The notes under the pieces were generated by a model, which ran no database searches, had not been told where the DNA came from, and was given only the letters and a program-made list of their open reading frames with translations. Made by a program: the position numbers and the translations under genes. This document shows, piece after piece, positions 27,206 through 64,000 of a stretch of 64,000 bases of DNA. Position 1 is the first letter of the stretch, and each line of letters begins with the position of its first letter. The stretch spans positions 1,736,001 to 1,800,000 of the forward strand of contig CAUYUJ010000002.1 in the NCBI GenBank assembly GCA_963575745.1, written 5' to 3'. The DNA is from Prorocentrum cordatum. Taxonomy: Eukaryota.

Positions 27206-29158
27206 TCGCCCCCTGCCCTTCGCCCGCGCCGGCCCGCGTGTCCGGGCGCGCGGGCGCCGCTGGAGGGCGCTGGGATCTGGCTGCGGGGGGCCGCCGCTGG
27301 CAGGCGGAGTGGCCCGTGCGATATCTTCGTCGGGGGGGGGGGCTTTTCGGCTAGAGGCCTCTGCGGCTCGGCGCGAGGGGGCGCGCTGGGCCTCTGGCGC
27401 GCGCTGGGCCGCCCCAGCGGGCACTGGCGCGGCGCCGCACTCGGGGCGCTCGGCGACGAGGTGGCAAGGAGAGAGCGCCTCTCTCGGCCCATCTTGGTCG
27501 CGGCTGCCATCGGAGCGCGTGCGAGGCCCGGGCAGGTGCTGGCGCGCAACTGCGCCCAACGCGCCGCCAGCCTGCCCGAGGACGGGGCGCCCCTGTCCGC
27601 ATGGCGTCTTGCTGAGCGGGGGCCGCGCCTCGGGGGGCAGTTCGAGGAGCCGACCGCGATCCCCGAGGTCCCGACGGGCCTGGGCGCGGCGCGCTTCGAG
27701 GCGGACATGCTTGCGCGGGCGGCGTTGCAGGCGCCTGACGAGGACGGCGACGACTGCGCGTCGGCGGCGGCAGCTTCGTGGAGGCGCCCGCGGCCGGAGA
27801 GGGTCGCGCCGCGTCCTCGGCAGCTGATGCCAGGTCGGCCGCGTTGTCGGAATGCGCAGGCGGTGGGCCAGGCGATCGGTGCAACGAGTGCCTGGCCCCA
27901 GGAGTTTGGCTGGTGGGCCAGCGTGCCGAAGTGGAGGCCCCCGCGGAGGGCTCGGCTTCGGGCCGGCGGCTGGCGGGGCAGCGCGCGCGGCAGCAGGTGC
28001 AGGACGTCTGGGGCGAGCTGAAGGAGCTGCTCGTGGACCCCCTCGCCATCGTCAGTGGCGCCCTGCAGCAAGTGCGGGAGGGTTCTCGTTCTTGCGGGGC
28101 CTCCTGTCTGTCTGTCTGTCGCCCATATGACGCAGCCGCCCCCCAGCGCGCGGCGAAGCTCATGGGCACCGTCAAGGCCTGGGCCCGCCTCCTTCGCACA
28201 GGGCGGGGCGGCTCTCTGGCCTCGGGCGGCTTCGCGGCGGTCGAGGGGGCCGAAGTGGGTCGGCAGTCCGAGAGCAAGCAACTGCGCAGGCGAGGCCGAG
28301 GCCGTGGCTGAGGCAGATCCGCAGCAGCGGCGCCGAAGCCAGCGCGAGCAGGACGTAGACGACCTGACGAAGGAGGACAGAGTCGAGCAGTGCACCCGCG
28401 AGAAGTGCGAGCACGATTCTGAAAGGCACGACCGGGTCGAGCAGAGCGGCAGGGAGCAGGTTGTCGCGAAGCAGGATAAAGGCGCCCAGCTGCAGGTGGA
28501 CCACGACGCGGCCTGCCCCGACGCCGCCGACGAAGAGCTGGCGAGCGGCTTCTTCAGGGTGCGGTCGGAGGCCGAGTTCAAGGGTCACGTCGTCGACATC
28601 CTTGCAGGCGTGGACCTTTCCTGGGCCACAGACCTCGACGTCTTCGGGCGGCTGGAAGCCAGGGGCGCGGCGTGGTCGCCCTGGGCCGAGGCGACCGCCA
28701 GGGCTCTCATTTTCTAGTTCGTGGCGGAGGCTAGGGGGCGGATGGGGCAAGTGCGAAGCTGCGGGCGCCGCGGCCACGGCCCCCACCACGCCCCTGCAGC
28801 TCCTCCTCGGCGCCATGGTGGGCGGGGCGCGCAGCGAAGCCCGAGGCGGGGGCCCCGCCGAGCTCCTGCGCGAGGCAGCGCCAGAAGAATCTGGACGACT
28901 TGGCGACGGCCTTCTGCAGGAGCTGTGCAGGCCTCCGCCGGGGCGTCCAGTGGCTCGGAGTTCGGCGGGGTCGAGCGGTTGAAGTCCGCGGCGACTCGCG
29001 AGGCGCGGCGGAGGGTCACGGCTCCCCCTCCGAGGAGGAGGCCCGCGGCCGCGGCCTGGTGGCGCGCGAGGCGCAGTGTAAGACATGTTTGGGCTTCTGC
29101 GCGCTGCGTGACATTCAACACGGGTAACCAGGCCCGTGAAGAGAGAACGCTGTCGACG
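27184..29158 (+). mobile_element. SL-headed, GC-rich, degenerate retroposed unit (possibly non-autonomous)
   Basis: Starts with an SL copy and ends GAAGAGAGAACGCTGTCGACG, similar to the LINE end GAAGAGAGAAAAGTTCTCGACG. Confidence 0.4.
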
Positions 29159-30002
29159 CACAGTCATCGGCCTCACCTAAGGAACGGTAAATAAGGGGCG
29201 AAGCCTCTTTTGCCAAGGAGTAACGCAGTAGGAACGATAAATAATCAGTAACGCATAAAGAACGGCAAATAACGCATGCGAGCTCCAGGAACGACCGAGC
29301 CCCTTTTTGAAAAGGAAGCGTTCCTTGCTCGAACCGCTCACTGGTAATGTGCCAGCGAACGGCGGACAGGATGAATCACGCACCCGCCATCCCTGTCAAG
29401 AGCCACTGCAAGGTGCTCACGGAGTGTCCGCTCACGATCCAGATATTGCCGCCACGTCCACCTGGCATTGGTTTTGGCATGGACGTCGGGGGGAGGGCTC
29501 ATTGTTCCTGGTCGGGGGCCTTTTTCGAATGATGGGGGAAACATTTATGGACAAGGAACAAAGATGCGCCCCTCCACAATCGAAAGAGAAGGCCGTGGCT
29601 GAACGGAAAAGGAGGCGTCGAGAAGAGCACCCGCACAGGCACATGCAGCATCGATCATCCTGCGACCTCGTTCGCGAGAGGACGTGTCTCCCCCTCCTTC
29701 CCCTCGTTCCTTTGTAACGTTGTGACATGTACAGCCCAGGGGCCGTTCACTGAACGCTTGCCCCCCAGGGCTGTTCACTCAGTGCCTGCCTCCGCGCGTG
29801 TAACATTGGTACTGTAGTGCGCCAGGCGGGAACAGATGGTGGTTCACTCGTGTGGCCCGCTCCGATGTTCCCCCCACGACCAAGAAACAACACACCTGAA
29901 AACGGCCCCCAGACCCCAGCCATGTCCAGCTTGGCGAGCCGCGCCGGGCCGCGGTGACGAGAAAACTTCCACCAGCGCCCCAGAAGCCCCCGGGACGGCG
30001 GC

Positions 30003-31130
30003 ATCGTCGTCGTCGCCGCCGTTGCCCTCGTCGCCGTCGTCGTCGCCGCCGTCTCCGTCGTCGTCGCCGCCGTCACTGCCGTCGCCGCCGTCGTCGTCGC
30101 CGCCCCCAGCGTCGTCGCCGTCGTCGTCGCGGGCGTGGTCGTCCACGTCGTCGTCGCCGTTGCGCGCCCGCTCCGACCTCTGGCGCGCGGCCCGCAAGCG
30201 GATCGGTCTCCAGGGCCTCCCCCTCGGCCGAGCGCCTCCCGGTTGACGCACCCAGCTTGGGGCAGCCGGAGCCACGGTGATGGTCAAGATTTGGCCTCCT
30301 CCTCCTCCTGCTCCTGCCCCCTTCTAAGCCTCCTCGTCCTCCTCATCCTAACCCTCCTCCTCCTCCTCCTTCTCCTCCTCCTCCTCCTCCTCCTCCTCCT
30401 CCTCTTCCCCGTCCTCTTCCTCCCCTCCTCCTCCTCCTCCTCCTTCTCCTCCTCTGTGTCCTCCTGTTCCCTCTGCTCCTCCCCATCTCTTCCTCATTAT
30501 CCTACTCCGTCCCATCATCAATTTCAACAGCATCGCACTAATAATCATAATCAGCAGCATCATCCATAGCATCACCAGCAGCAGCATCATATTCATCGTC
30601 ATCGTCAGCAGCATCATCACCGGCAGCATCATTATCAGCATCATCATCGTCATCATCAGCAGCATCATCATCAGCAGCGTCATCAGCGTCATCCTCATCA
30701 TTATCAGCAGCATCATCAGCAGCATCCCCGACCATCCCTCCATCCATCCTCCTTCTCTGTCCTAATCCTCCCTCCTTGTTTTCCTGTCCCTTCTCTTTCA
30801 CCCCTGCCCTCCTCCCACTCCATCCCTCCTTTCTCCTCCTCCCCCAGAAGCGTCCGATAACTGCCAGACATGTGGGGCAGGGTTTGAAAGTTCATGAAAT
30901 ATAGGTCACCCTCGGGGCCCCGAAGCGGACCGCGCTGCGCGGCAGGGGCAGGAGAGGGTTGTGCTGTGCGGGAACGAGAAGATGACCTCGCCTCGAGTGG
31001 CACAGACCGCGAAGTCCTCCTCTTTTCCTCATTCTCCTCCTCCTTCAACTCCTCCTCCTCCTCCTCCTCCCCCTCCTCCTCCTCCTCCTCCTCCACCTCC
31101 TCCTCCACCTCCTCCTCTACCTCCTCCTCT
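30003..31130. repeat. Low-complexity block: (GTC/GCC)n, (TCC)n, (CAT/CAG)n
   Basis: Direct reading. Confidence 0.9.
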
Positions 31131-31795
31131 ACCGCCCCGAAGCACCCAGCCTCGGAGGTCCCCTTGAACGCCCTCCCACGACCTCCGAGACGTCGTCGGT
31201 TCCCGACCTGAATGGGTACGGAAAGAACGAGCACGATGCCCAGCAGCAGTTTCAGTTCCTTTTGAACGGGGCTCGCTGTCGGTGTCGCCGCGGGCCTTGT
31301 CCATCTGAGGCAGAAGGCCGCCTGCCCAACATCAGCCGCTGTCGGTTTGGACAACAACTTTTGTTGGGCATTGTACCAGTTTTGTGCGTACCCATTTCGG
31401 GCGTTCAAAGGATTGGTCCAGTGCACAGTTGTTCGACCCCCAGATTTCGACTAGACGTAAGAGTGACCTGTCGCCAGAGTAACCCCTGGTGCGGGCCCAA
31501 TGGGGTTCCCCGATCGCTGAGCGCGCAGCGCGAGCAGCGGCTTGCGCGCCCAGGTTCGGCCAACCCGCGTCCGCCGTTTCGCCGCGCACGAAAGGTCACT
31601 CTTGCCCAGGGTCACTCTTGCGTGTAGCCGACCGGGGCCGAAAAGATAGATGCACCGTGCCGCGTTGGAGCGGGGCCCGAGCGGAGTCCAGACATGCTGC
31701 GGTGCACCGGCTCCGCTCTCGTAGCACGCGGGATGGGCGAGGCGAACCTCGCCATCGCCGTGGCCGTGGCTGCCCCGCCGGCGCCCCCCGCCGCC

Positions 31796-58184
<26,389 letters not shown>

Positions 58185-59501
58185 TAGGAGTCTCCTCGAG
58201 AAAGTCTGGTCAGAGCGCACTGGGGGAGAGGTCTGTCGGGAGGGGAAGAAACACAGACACAAGCCATCGTCGATCTCCAGGAAAAATATAGGAAAATACG
58301 GGAAGTGGGGGGAAGACGAAAACTCCGAAAATATATATGAAAATATAGGGTTCCCTGGGATTTGTGTGTATCTATTTGTGTGTCCTTGGGCCCCTTCAAT
58401 CTGGTGAGCAGCGGTAGCGTTACATGTGGGTTTCCCCATGGCCCGAAGGCAGAGGATGTCTTTTCGGAGAGAATCGGAGGCTTCTAAGAAGAAAATACGA
58501 AAGGCGGCAGGGCATCTGAGAGGCCGTTGGCTCTCTCAGAAGCGCCCCCCCCCTTCGCTCCACCCACTTGTGAGCGTCGCCAAGATTGGGCGCAGGGACT
58601 GTGCAAACAAACGCTGCGTTTAGCAAATGGAGGAGTCCAAAGCGGTACCGTGACGATGTGTCATTCCTAGAACTATTCATGCTTTGTCGGAGCGTCGAAA
58701 ATGGGAACGGTTTGGAAGGGGCTCGGTATTCCTTTGGTTTTTCTTAGGCCCACCGGGTGGAGTTTGCACCCTTCTTCGATGAAAGAAATGGACCTCTTCT
58801 TGTCTAAGATTCATTTGGCAAGACTTTGACTTGACTGCGGCGCCTGGCCCAAAAAGTAAGCACGCCACTGGATGCAGGAGCTGTTCGGTCCTGTGCTCGT
58901 TGCCGGTCCTGGCGTGCTGCAGCCTGGAGGACCATATTCGGACTTTGCCCCAGGGGTGGAAGCAGTCGGTGTTTGCCGCACCGCAAGAGTAATGCAACCC
59001 CTTCTCCCCTGCCAACCGAGACCCCCTCGCCGCCACGGCAGGGCTCGGGTCGCAGGGTCGGACAGGAAGCCACCACGAGCTGGCGGGTTCCAGAGAGGGC
59101 CTCGCCTTCGAAGATCGGAGGGCATGTCATCTTGCCTTCCTCGGCAGAAGGGCGGCGGAGGTAGAGAGATGATCTTTGGGGGGGGTCAGGGTTTCTGGAA
59201 CCCGCCAGCTGCAGCGCGACAGGCGCAGCGTCTGGTCCATGGAAAATCTCAGTTTGGGCACCAGTCTGGCTTGGGAAAGAAGGGCGCGTTGGTTATGTTC
59301 GCATAGTGAACACATGTTGGGTTCGATGCGCGGGGGGCCTGAATGATAACTAATGACTGTTCCGCAAGAAGCGAAACTATCGAAGTATCGTGAAAGGCCC
59401 GACACACACACGCACACTTTTTGGTGGTCGTGGCCCCCAGCGCAGCGTCAGGGCGAAGCCAGTCGCCGCGGACAAGCGCGACCCTCGCCTCAGAGGCCGC
59501 A

Positions 59502-59502
<1 letters not shown>

Positions 59503-59597
<95 letters not shown>

Positions 59598-59630
59598 ACG
59601 CACACGCACACGCACACGCACACGCACACG

Positions 59631-59665
<35 letters not shown>

Positions 59666-59799
59666 ACGCACACGCACACGCACACGCACACGCACACGCA
59701 CACGCACACGCACACGCACACGCACACACGCACACACACACACACACACGCACCCACACACGCACACACGCACACACGCACACGCACACACGCACACGC

Positions 59800-59839
<40 letters not shown>

Positions 59840-59996
59840 GCGCACACGCACACGCACGCACACACACACACACACACACACATACACACGCACACACACA
59901 CACACGCACACACCCACACGCATACGCACACGCACACGCACACCCACACACACACGCACACACACACACACACGTACACACATACGTACACACACA
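59503..59996. repeat. (CA)n/(CACG) microsatellite
   Basis: Direct reading. Confidence 0.97.
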
Positions 59997-61389
59997 AACA
60001 CTTGCAACGCGGCGATGGACCGCATCGCGGCGATGGACGCATCCCGTTCACAACGAAGTTGAGCCCGTGTCTTGTGGTGGAGCCCTCTTGGGGCCCTCTC
60101 CAACGTCTTTTTGTTTGTCTTGGACGCTCCGAAGACCGAGAGGGCGAGTACGCCAAAACATGTTTTTTTCGTTGGAGTTGTTTTCATAGGAAATGAATGG
60201 CTCAAGCATCTTGGTGAATCCCTGAGGCCGTCTTGGGCTGTCGTCGGGCCATTTTGGGGCTCGTCAGGGCTGTCTTGGGGCTCTTTTGGGCTGTGTGGGG
60301 GGCATCTTGCTCCGTTTGGGGGCCGACAGGAGGTCCAAACGTCCCTGCAGCTGCGGACGTCCTGCGATGCTGTTCCCGCGGTTTCACAGGATTGGGGCTG
60401 TCCCATTGGGACGTTTGATGAATGTTGTTGTCAGGGTCAAGGTTTGGCAAAGAAGCGGTTTGAAGCGTCCACGAACGGGCGCCAGGTGACATAAAGAATA
60501 CATCTGAATCCCTGAAATGGTGGACGCGTGAATCCGCGATCCATAGCCGTCGAAAGTTACACTCGCTACGCTGACATTAGCTTTTTGGGCTCAGCATCAG
60601 GCCCGCAGACGTAGGTCAATTTCCGAGCCTGCTGGCGCCGCCCGTGGCGACAATCACACTGCAGGCGGTGGCGGGGCGGCTCGATGCAGGAGCAGCAGGC
60701 TTAGTCGCAGTCAGACGGTGGCGCGTTCTGTAGAGCTGTGGCGGAAGAGGCCTTGCATGGGTTGGCGGTGGCGCTGGCGGCTGTGGCCGCAGTTGTTGGT
60801 CACGTTCGCCATTTGGTGCGACCCACCCTCCGCTGTTTCTGTCCACGTCTCCAAGCTTGGCAGCGCGCCCCTTGGGGGAAGGCAAGGGGGGTCGGGCGTT
60901 CCCAGAAGGCTCACAAGGCTTTCCGACCTTCAGGAGGAGTTTTGCAAGCCTTCTCCGAAGACAGAGAGGGCTTCCCAGAGGGCCGGAAGGCATGTGGGAA
61001 GTCACCACCGACCAAATCACCCGAACCCAACCCGAAAGCCCCAATTTGCCCTCCATTCCCAGTGGGATGGGGTCGGGGAACGTTGAAAAAACACATGTGG
61101 AACCCGTACCTCCCTCCCCAACCCGAAATTGGGGTCCTCGGGTTAGGTTGGATTGGTCTGGTAGGCAGTGAAGCAGCCCCGCCGCCTTCTGAGAAGGTTT
61201 GCACCCTTTCACTTCCCCCCTGGGCGCGCCGCCGACGAGCCCCCAAACGCGTCGTGGGTGTTCGGCCTGCGGTCAGGTGTCCCGTGGCGCCCCGGCTGTT
61301 GCAGGGCACGCAGGCCTTTGCGAGCCACGGCATCATCGCCCAGCGATGCGAGAAGGAAGCCACACGTTTCTAGTAATGGTACGGGGTCG

Positions 61390-62292
61390 ATGGTATCAGA
61401 TGTCATGCATGTTGTCTACGCGTCCGACAAGAACAATTTGTTTGGTCTGATGGGGAGCATCAGATCGTTGGTCCACCATCTCAAGACACCAGACCGGGTT
61501 GTAATTCATGTCATCGCGCCCGGGAAGGACATGGGCATGATGGAGCGCGCTACCCATGTTTGCTTAATGAAATCGTTTCTTCCAGGACAGAGATTGCCTC
61601 GGGTTGCCTTTCACGAGTCAAGGCTGAGGGTTGACCCAGAAATATTGCGAGCGAATTTCTTGTGGCCTCTGCCTGCCCAATCGTTCGAACGGTTGCACCT
61701 CGACGAGTACCTTCCTGGCGTCTCCCGCATCGTGTACCTGGATACCGACACAATCTTGAGGGTCGATATTGTTGGATTGTTTCGAATGCCGATGTGGCAT
61801 ACATTGGCTGCCGCGCCACTGCTCACCAGCGCAAACGAACTGCAAGAACACCGCAATGGTTTTCGCAGGGTCGGGATAGAGTATTTGTTGAACAATCTGA
61901 CACCAAACACGTACTTCAATTCAGGGGTTCTCATGATCGATCTCAAGCGGTGGCGCTTGGAGAAACGTGGACATCATTTGAGCGCATGGTTGGCCCAGAC
62001 GCGTGGTTTCCTTGGAGACCAGATCGCTCTGAATTTAGAGTTCAGCGGCGAGTTTGATACTTTAGATTGGCGTTGGAACGTGATGGTTGGCACGAACGCA
62101 CGCCAGCCTTTTCCGCAACACTGCGGGGCTTTACCGTCGTGCGTTGTTCATGAGGCTCACGTATTGCATTGGGCTTGCACGCGCACCAAGCCATTCCATT
62201 TACCCGTCGGATCTTCCCCATCGGACGTGCAGTACCAGCATTTTGAGCCTTACGACCTCCGACGGAATTGTTTGGCACCTGGAGGCAGATAG
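61390..62292 (+). CDS. Glycosyltransferase family 8 protein, no introns seen
   Basis: HVVYASD, RIVYLDTD (DxD), YFNSGVLMIDL, GDQIALN, WRWNV, VLHW..TKPF. Start uncertain (the frame is open from 61168). Confidence 0.88.
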   Translation: MVSDVMHVVYASDKNNLFGLMGSIRSLVHHLKTPDRVVIHVIAPGKDMGMMERATHVCLMKSFLPGQRLPRVAFHESRLRVDPEILRANFLWPLPAQSFERLHLDEYLPGVSRIVYLDTDTILRVDIVGLFRMPMWHTLAAAPLLTSANELQEHRNGFRRVGIEYLLNNLTPNTYFNSGVLMIDLKRWRLEKRGHHLSAWLAQTRGFLGDQIALNLEFSGEFDTLDWRWNVMVGTNARQPFPQHCGALPSCVVHEAHVLHWACTRTKPFHLPVGSSPSDVQYQHFEPYDLRRNCLAPGGR

Positions 62293-62574
62293 AGTGCCCC
62301 TCCCGTTTTTGGCCGGGTTCACTTGGTCCATGATTCGCAGAGAGGCTTGCAGTTCACAGGGCATCGTTGCATTCGTTATCTCCTGCCCCATCGGAGTCGC
62401 ATTCCTGCACCAGCAGTCCGAGCCCTTTGGGCCTAACCAGGCTCATCGTCCGCCGCCAATGCCGACGCCGCGGGCGACGAGGACGAGGAGAAGGAGGAGG
62501 CGGACCCTCAGCAGACCCGGCGAAGTTGCTGCGCCCTGCGAGCGACGACATTTCGCCACGTGTCTGACATCGAG

Positions 62575-63760
62575 CAGGAGGAGGAGGAGGAGGAGGAAGG
62601 AGGAGGAGGCGGAGGAGGAAGGAGCAGGAGGAGCAAGAGGAGGACAGGAAGACGGGAGGGAGAGGGAAAGGAGGAAGAGCAGCGGAGGTAGAAAATCAGA
62701 GGTGGTAGGAGGAGGAGGAGGAGGAGGCAGAAGAAGAATAACAACAAACAGAAGACGAAGAAGAAGCACGAACATGACGAGAATAAGAAGACGGCACAGA
62801 AAAAGGGGAGGAGGAAGAGGAGGACGAGGACGACGTCGTCGACGAAGTAGGATCGGAGAGAAGAGAGAGAGGCAAGATAGGTGCGATCGCGCCCTATCTG
62901 ACATCCTGCCCCTCCTACCCATCCCCTCCCATTGCGCTGATTGATTCTCTGTCTGCGGACGCGTGTCACAGCGGACCTGGAACTCGCAAAAACACCTCGT
63001 CATGCTATGCGCAATCGAGAAGGGGTAGCTGAGCAGGAGGCTAAAGGAGGAGGATGAGGATGAGGAGGAGTGCGAAGGCGAACGGCTTCAGCGGGAACCG
63101 AAGCGGAAGGAGCGGGGGGAGCAGGAGGACCAGGGGAAGGCGGAGGAGTGGGGTCGACACCGAGGAGAAGGGATCCGGACCCAGAAGATTGACCCGCGCT
63201 GGGGCGAGAACGCCATCCTGAAGGACGGGGGCAGAGCGCCGATCCGAAGATGAGGCCCATGCTGCAGCAGGAGCAGCAGATTGAAACACCGAAGACAATC
63301 GGATTATCAAAACAACATCAGAAACATGTTGTCCACTAGTGTGTGGAGGAAGCAATACGCGAAGAGGGCGGGACATCTTCAGGACAGAGTCAGGGGAGAG
63401 AGGAGAGTAGTATTCGGAATGTGTACTTGTTGGGAGGAGGAGGAGGAGGAGGAGGAGGAGGAGGAGGAGGAGCAGAGAGAAGGACGAGAAGGCGGAGTTG
63501 GAGGGACGAGGAGCAACGGGAAGGATGAGGAGCAGCAGCAGCAGGAGGAGGGGTGGGGTGGAAGAGGCGGAGAGATGGAGATGGAGGGCAGCAGCAGGAG
63601 GAGCAGGAGGAGGGGGGAGGAGGGAGGGAGGCCAAGGAAGGGACGGCAAGAAGAAGGAGGATAATGCGAATGAGGCGGATGAGGAAGGAGGGGGAAGAGA
63701 GAGAGAGAGAGGAGGAGAGTAGGGAGTGGAGGAGCAGGGGGGGGCAGCAGCAGCGGCATT
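62575..63760. repeat. (GGA/GAA)-rich low-complexity tracts
   Basis: Direct reading. Confidence 0.85.
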
Positions 63761-64000
63761 CAACGCTGAGCTCTTCGTTCCGGGGGGGGGGGGAGGGAGC
63801 GATCACTGGCTGTTGATCCTCCACTGGTGCCCACGGGATGTTCTGCACGAGCGCGCGCCCCTCGACGTTCGCGCCTCGTGTTGCTTGCCCGGGAAAGTAT
63901 TGGTGTCAAGCAGGGCATGCCCCGCTGCAGGAAGAGTAGTCAGATACAAACAATAATGTTTAAAAAAGCTTGTGAGCGATGTTTCTATCATATTTGGCTA

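Noticed and set aside
27300..27620. Weak DUF4326-like strings (DIFVGGGG...GQVLARNC...PHGVL)
   Set aside because: Too degenerate and split across frames to support without a profile search
26542..28581. 679-aa minus-strand ORF and many overlapping GC-rich ORFs at 21-29 kb
   Set aside because: Stop-poor because of very high GC; the real motifs lie on the plus strand (LINE)
59249..60406. Long CV/HT-repeat ORFs
   Set aside because: (CA)n microsatellite translations
61391..61400. TGGTATCAGA resembling a tRNA-Met PBS
   Set aside because: Lies inside the GT8 ORF with no adjacent LTR

Overview
Eukaryotic genomic DNA, very probably from a dinoflagellate. The evidence is an exact DinoSL spliced-leader 22-mer, GC/GA splice donors with AG|G junctions, and a nuclear-encoded mitochondrial atpA. 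Contents: (1) a degenerate copia-like LTR retrotransposon (1-10873, 5' end outside the window); (2) a degenerate LINE (APE-RT-RNase H) headed by a spliced leader (21252-27180), followed by a second SL-headed unit; (3) the first 8 exons of ATP synthase alpha (31796-58120), including a 10-nt micro-exon, with the 3' exons not in the window; (4) a near-complete 15.9-kb copia-like element of the same family in atpA intron 4 (35227-51155), with 252-bp LTRs, a TGAAT target-site duplication and a tRNA-iMet-type PBS; (5) an intronless GT8 glycosyltransferase ORF; (6) MITEs, satellites and simple repeats. The most unusual system is the LTR family. Both copies encode a Tpt1/KptA RNA 2'-phosphotransferase domain, a RING-H2 finger and C5-methyltransferase-like domains. 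Both have non-TG..CA LTR ends and a polypyrimidine tract where the PPT should be. Both carry sense-strand, covarying GCNNG-GNRA-CNNGC hairpins (about 30 in the intact copy). All calls come from reading by eye; no database searches were run.
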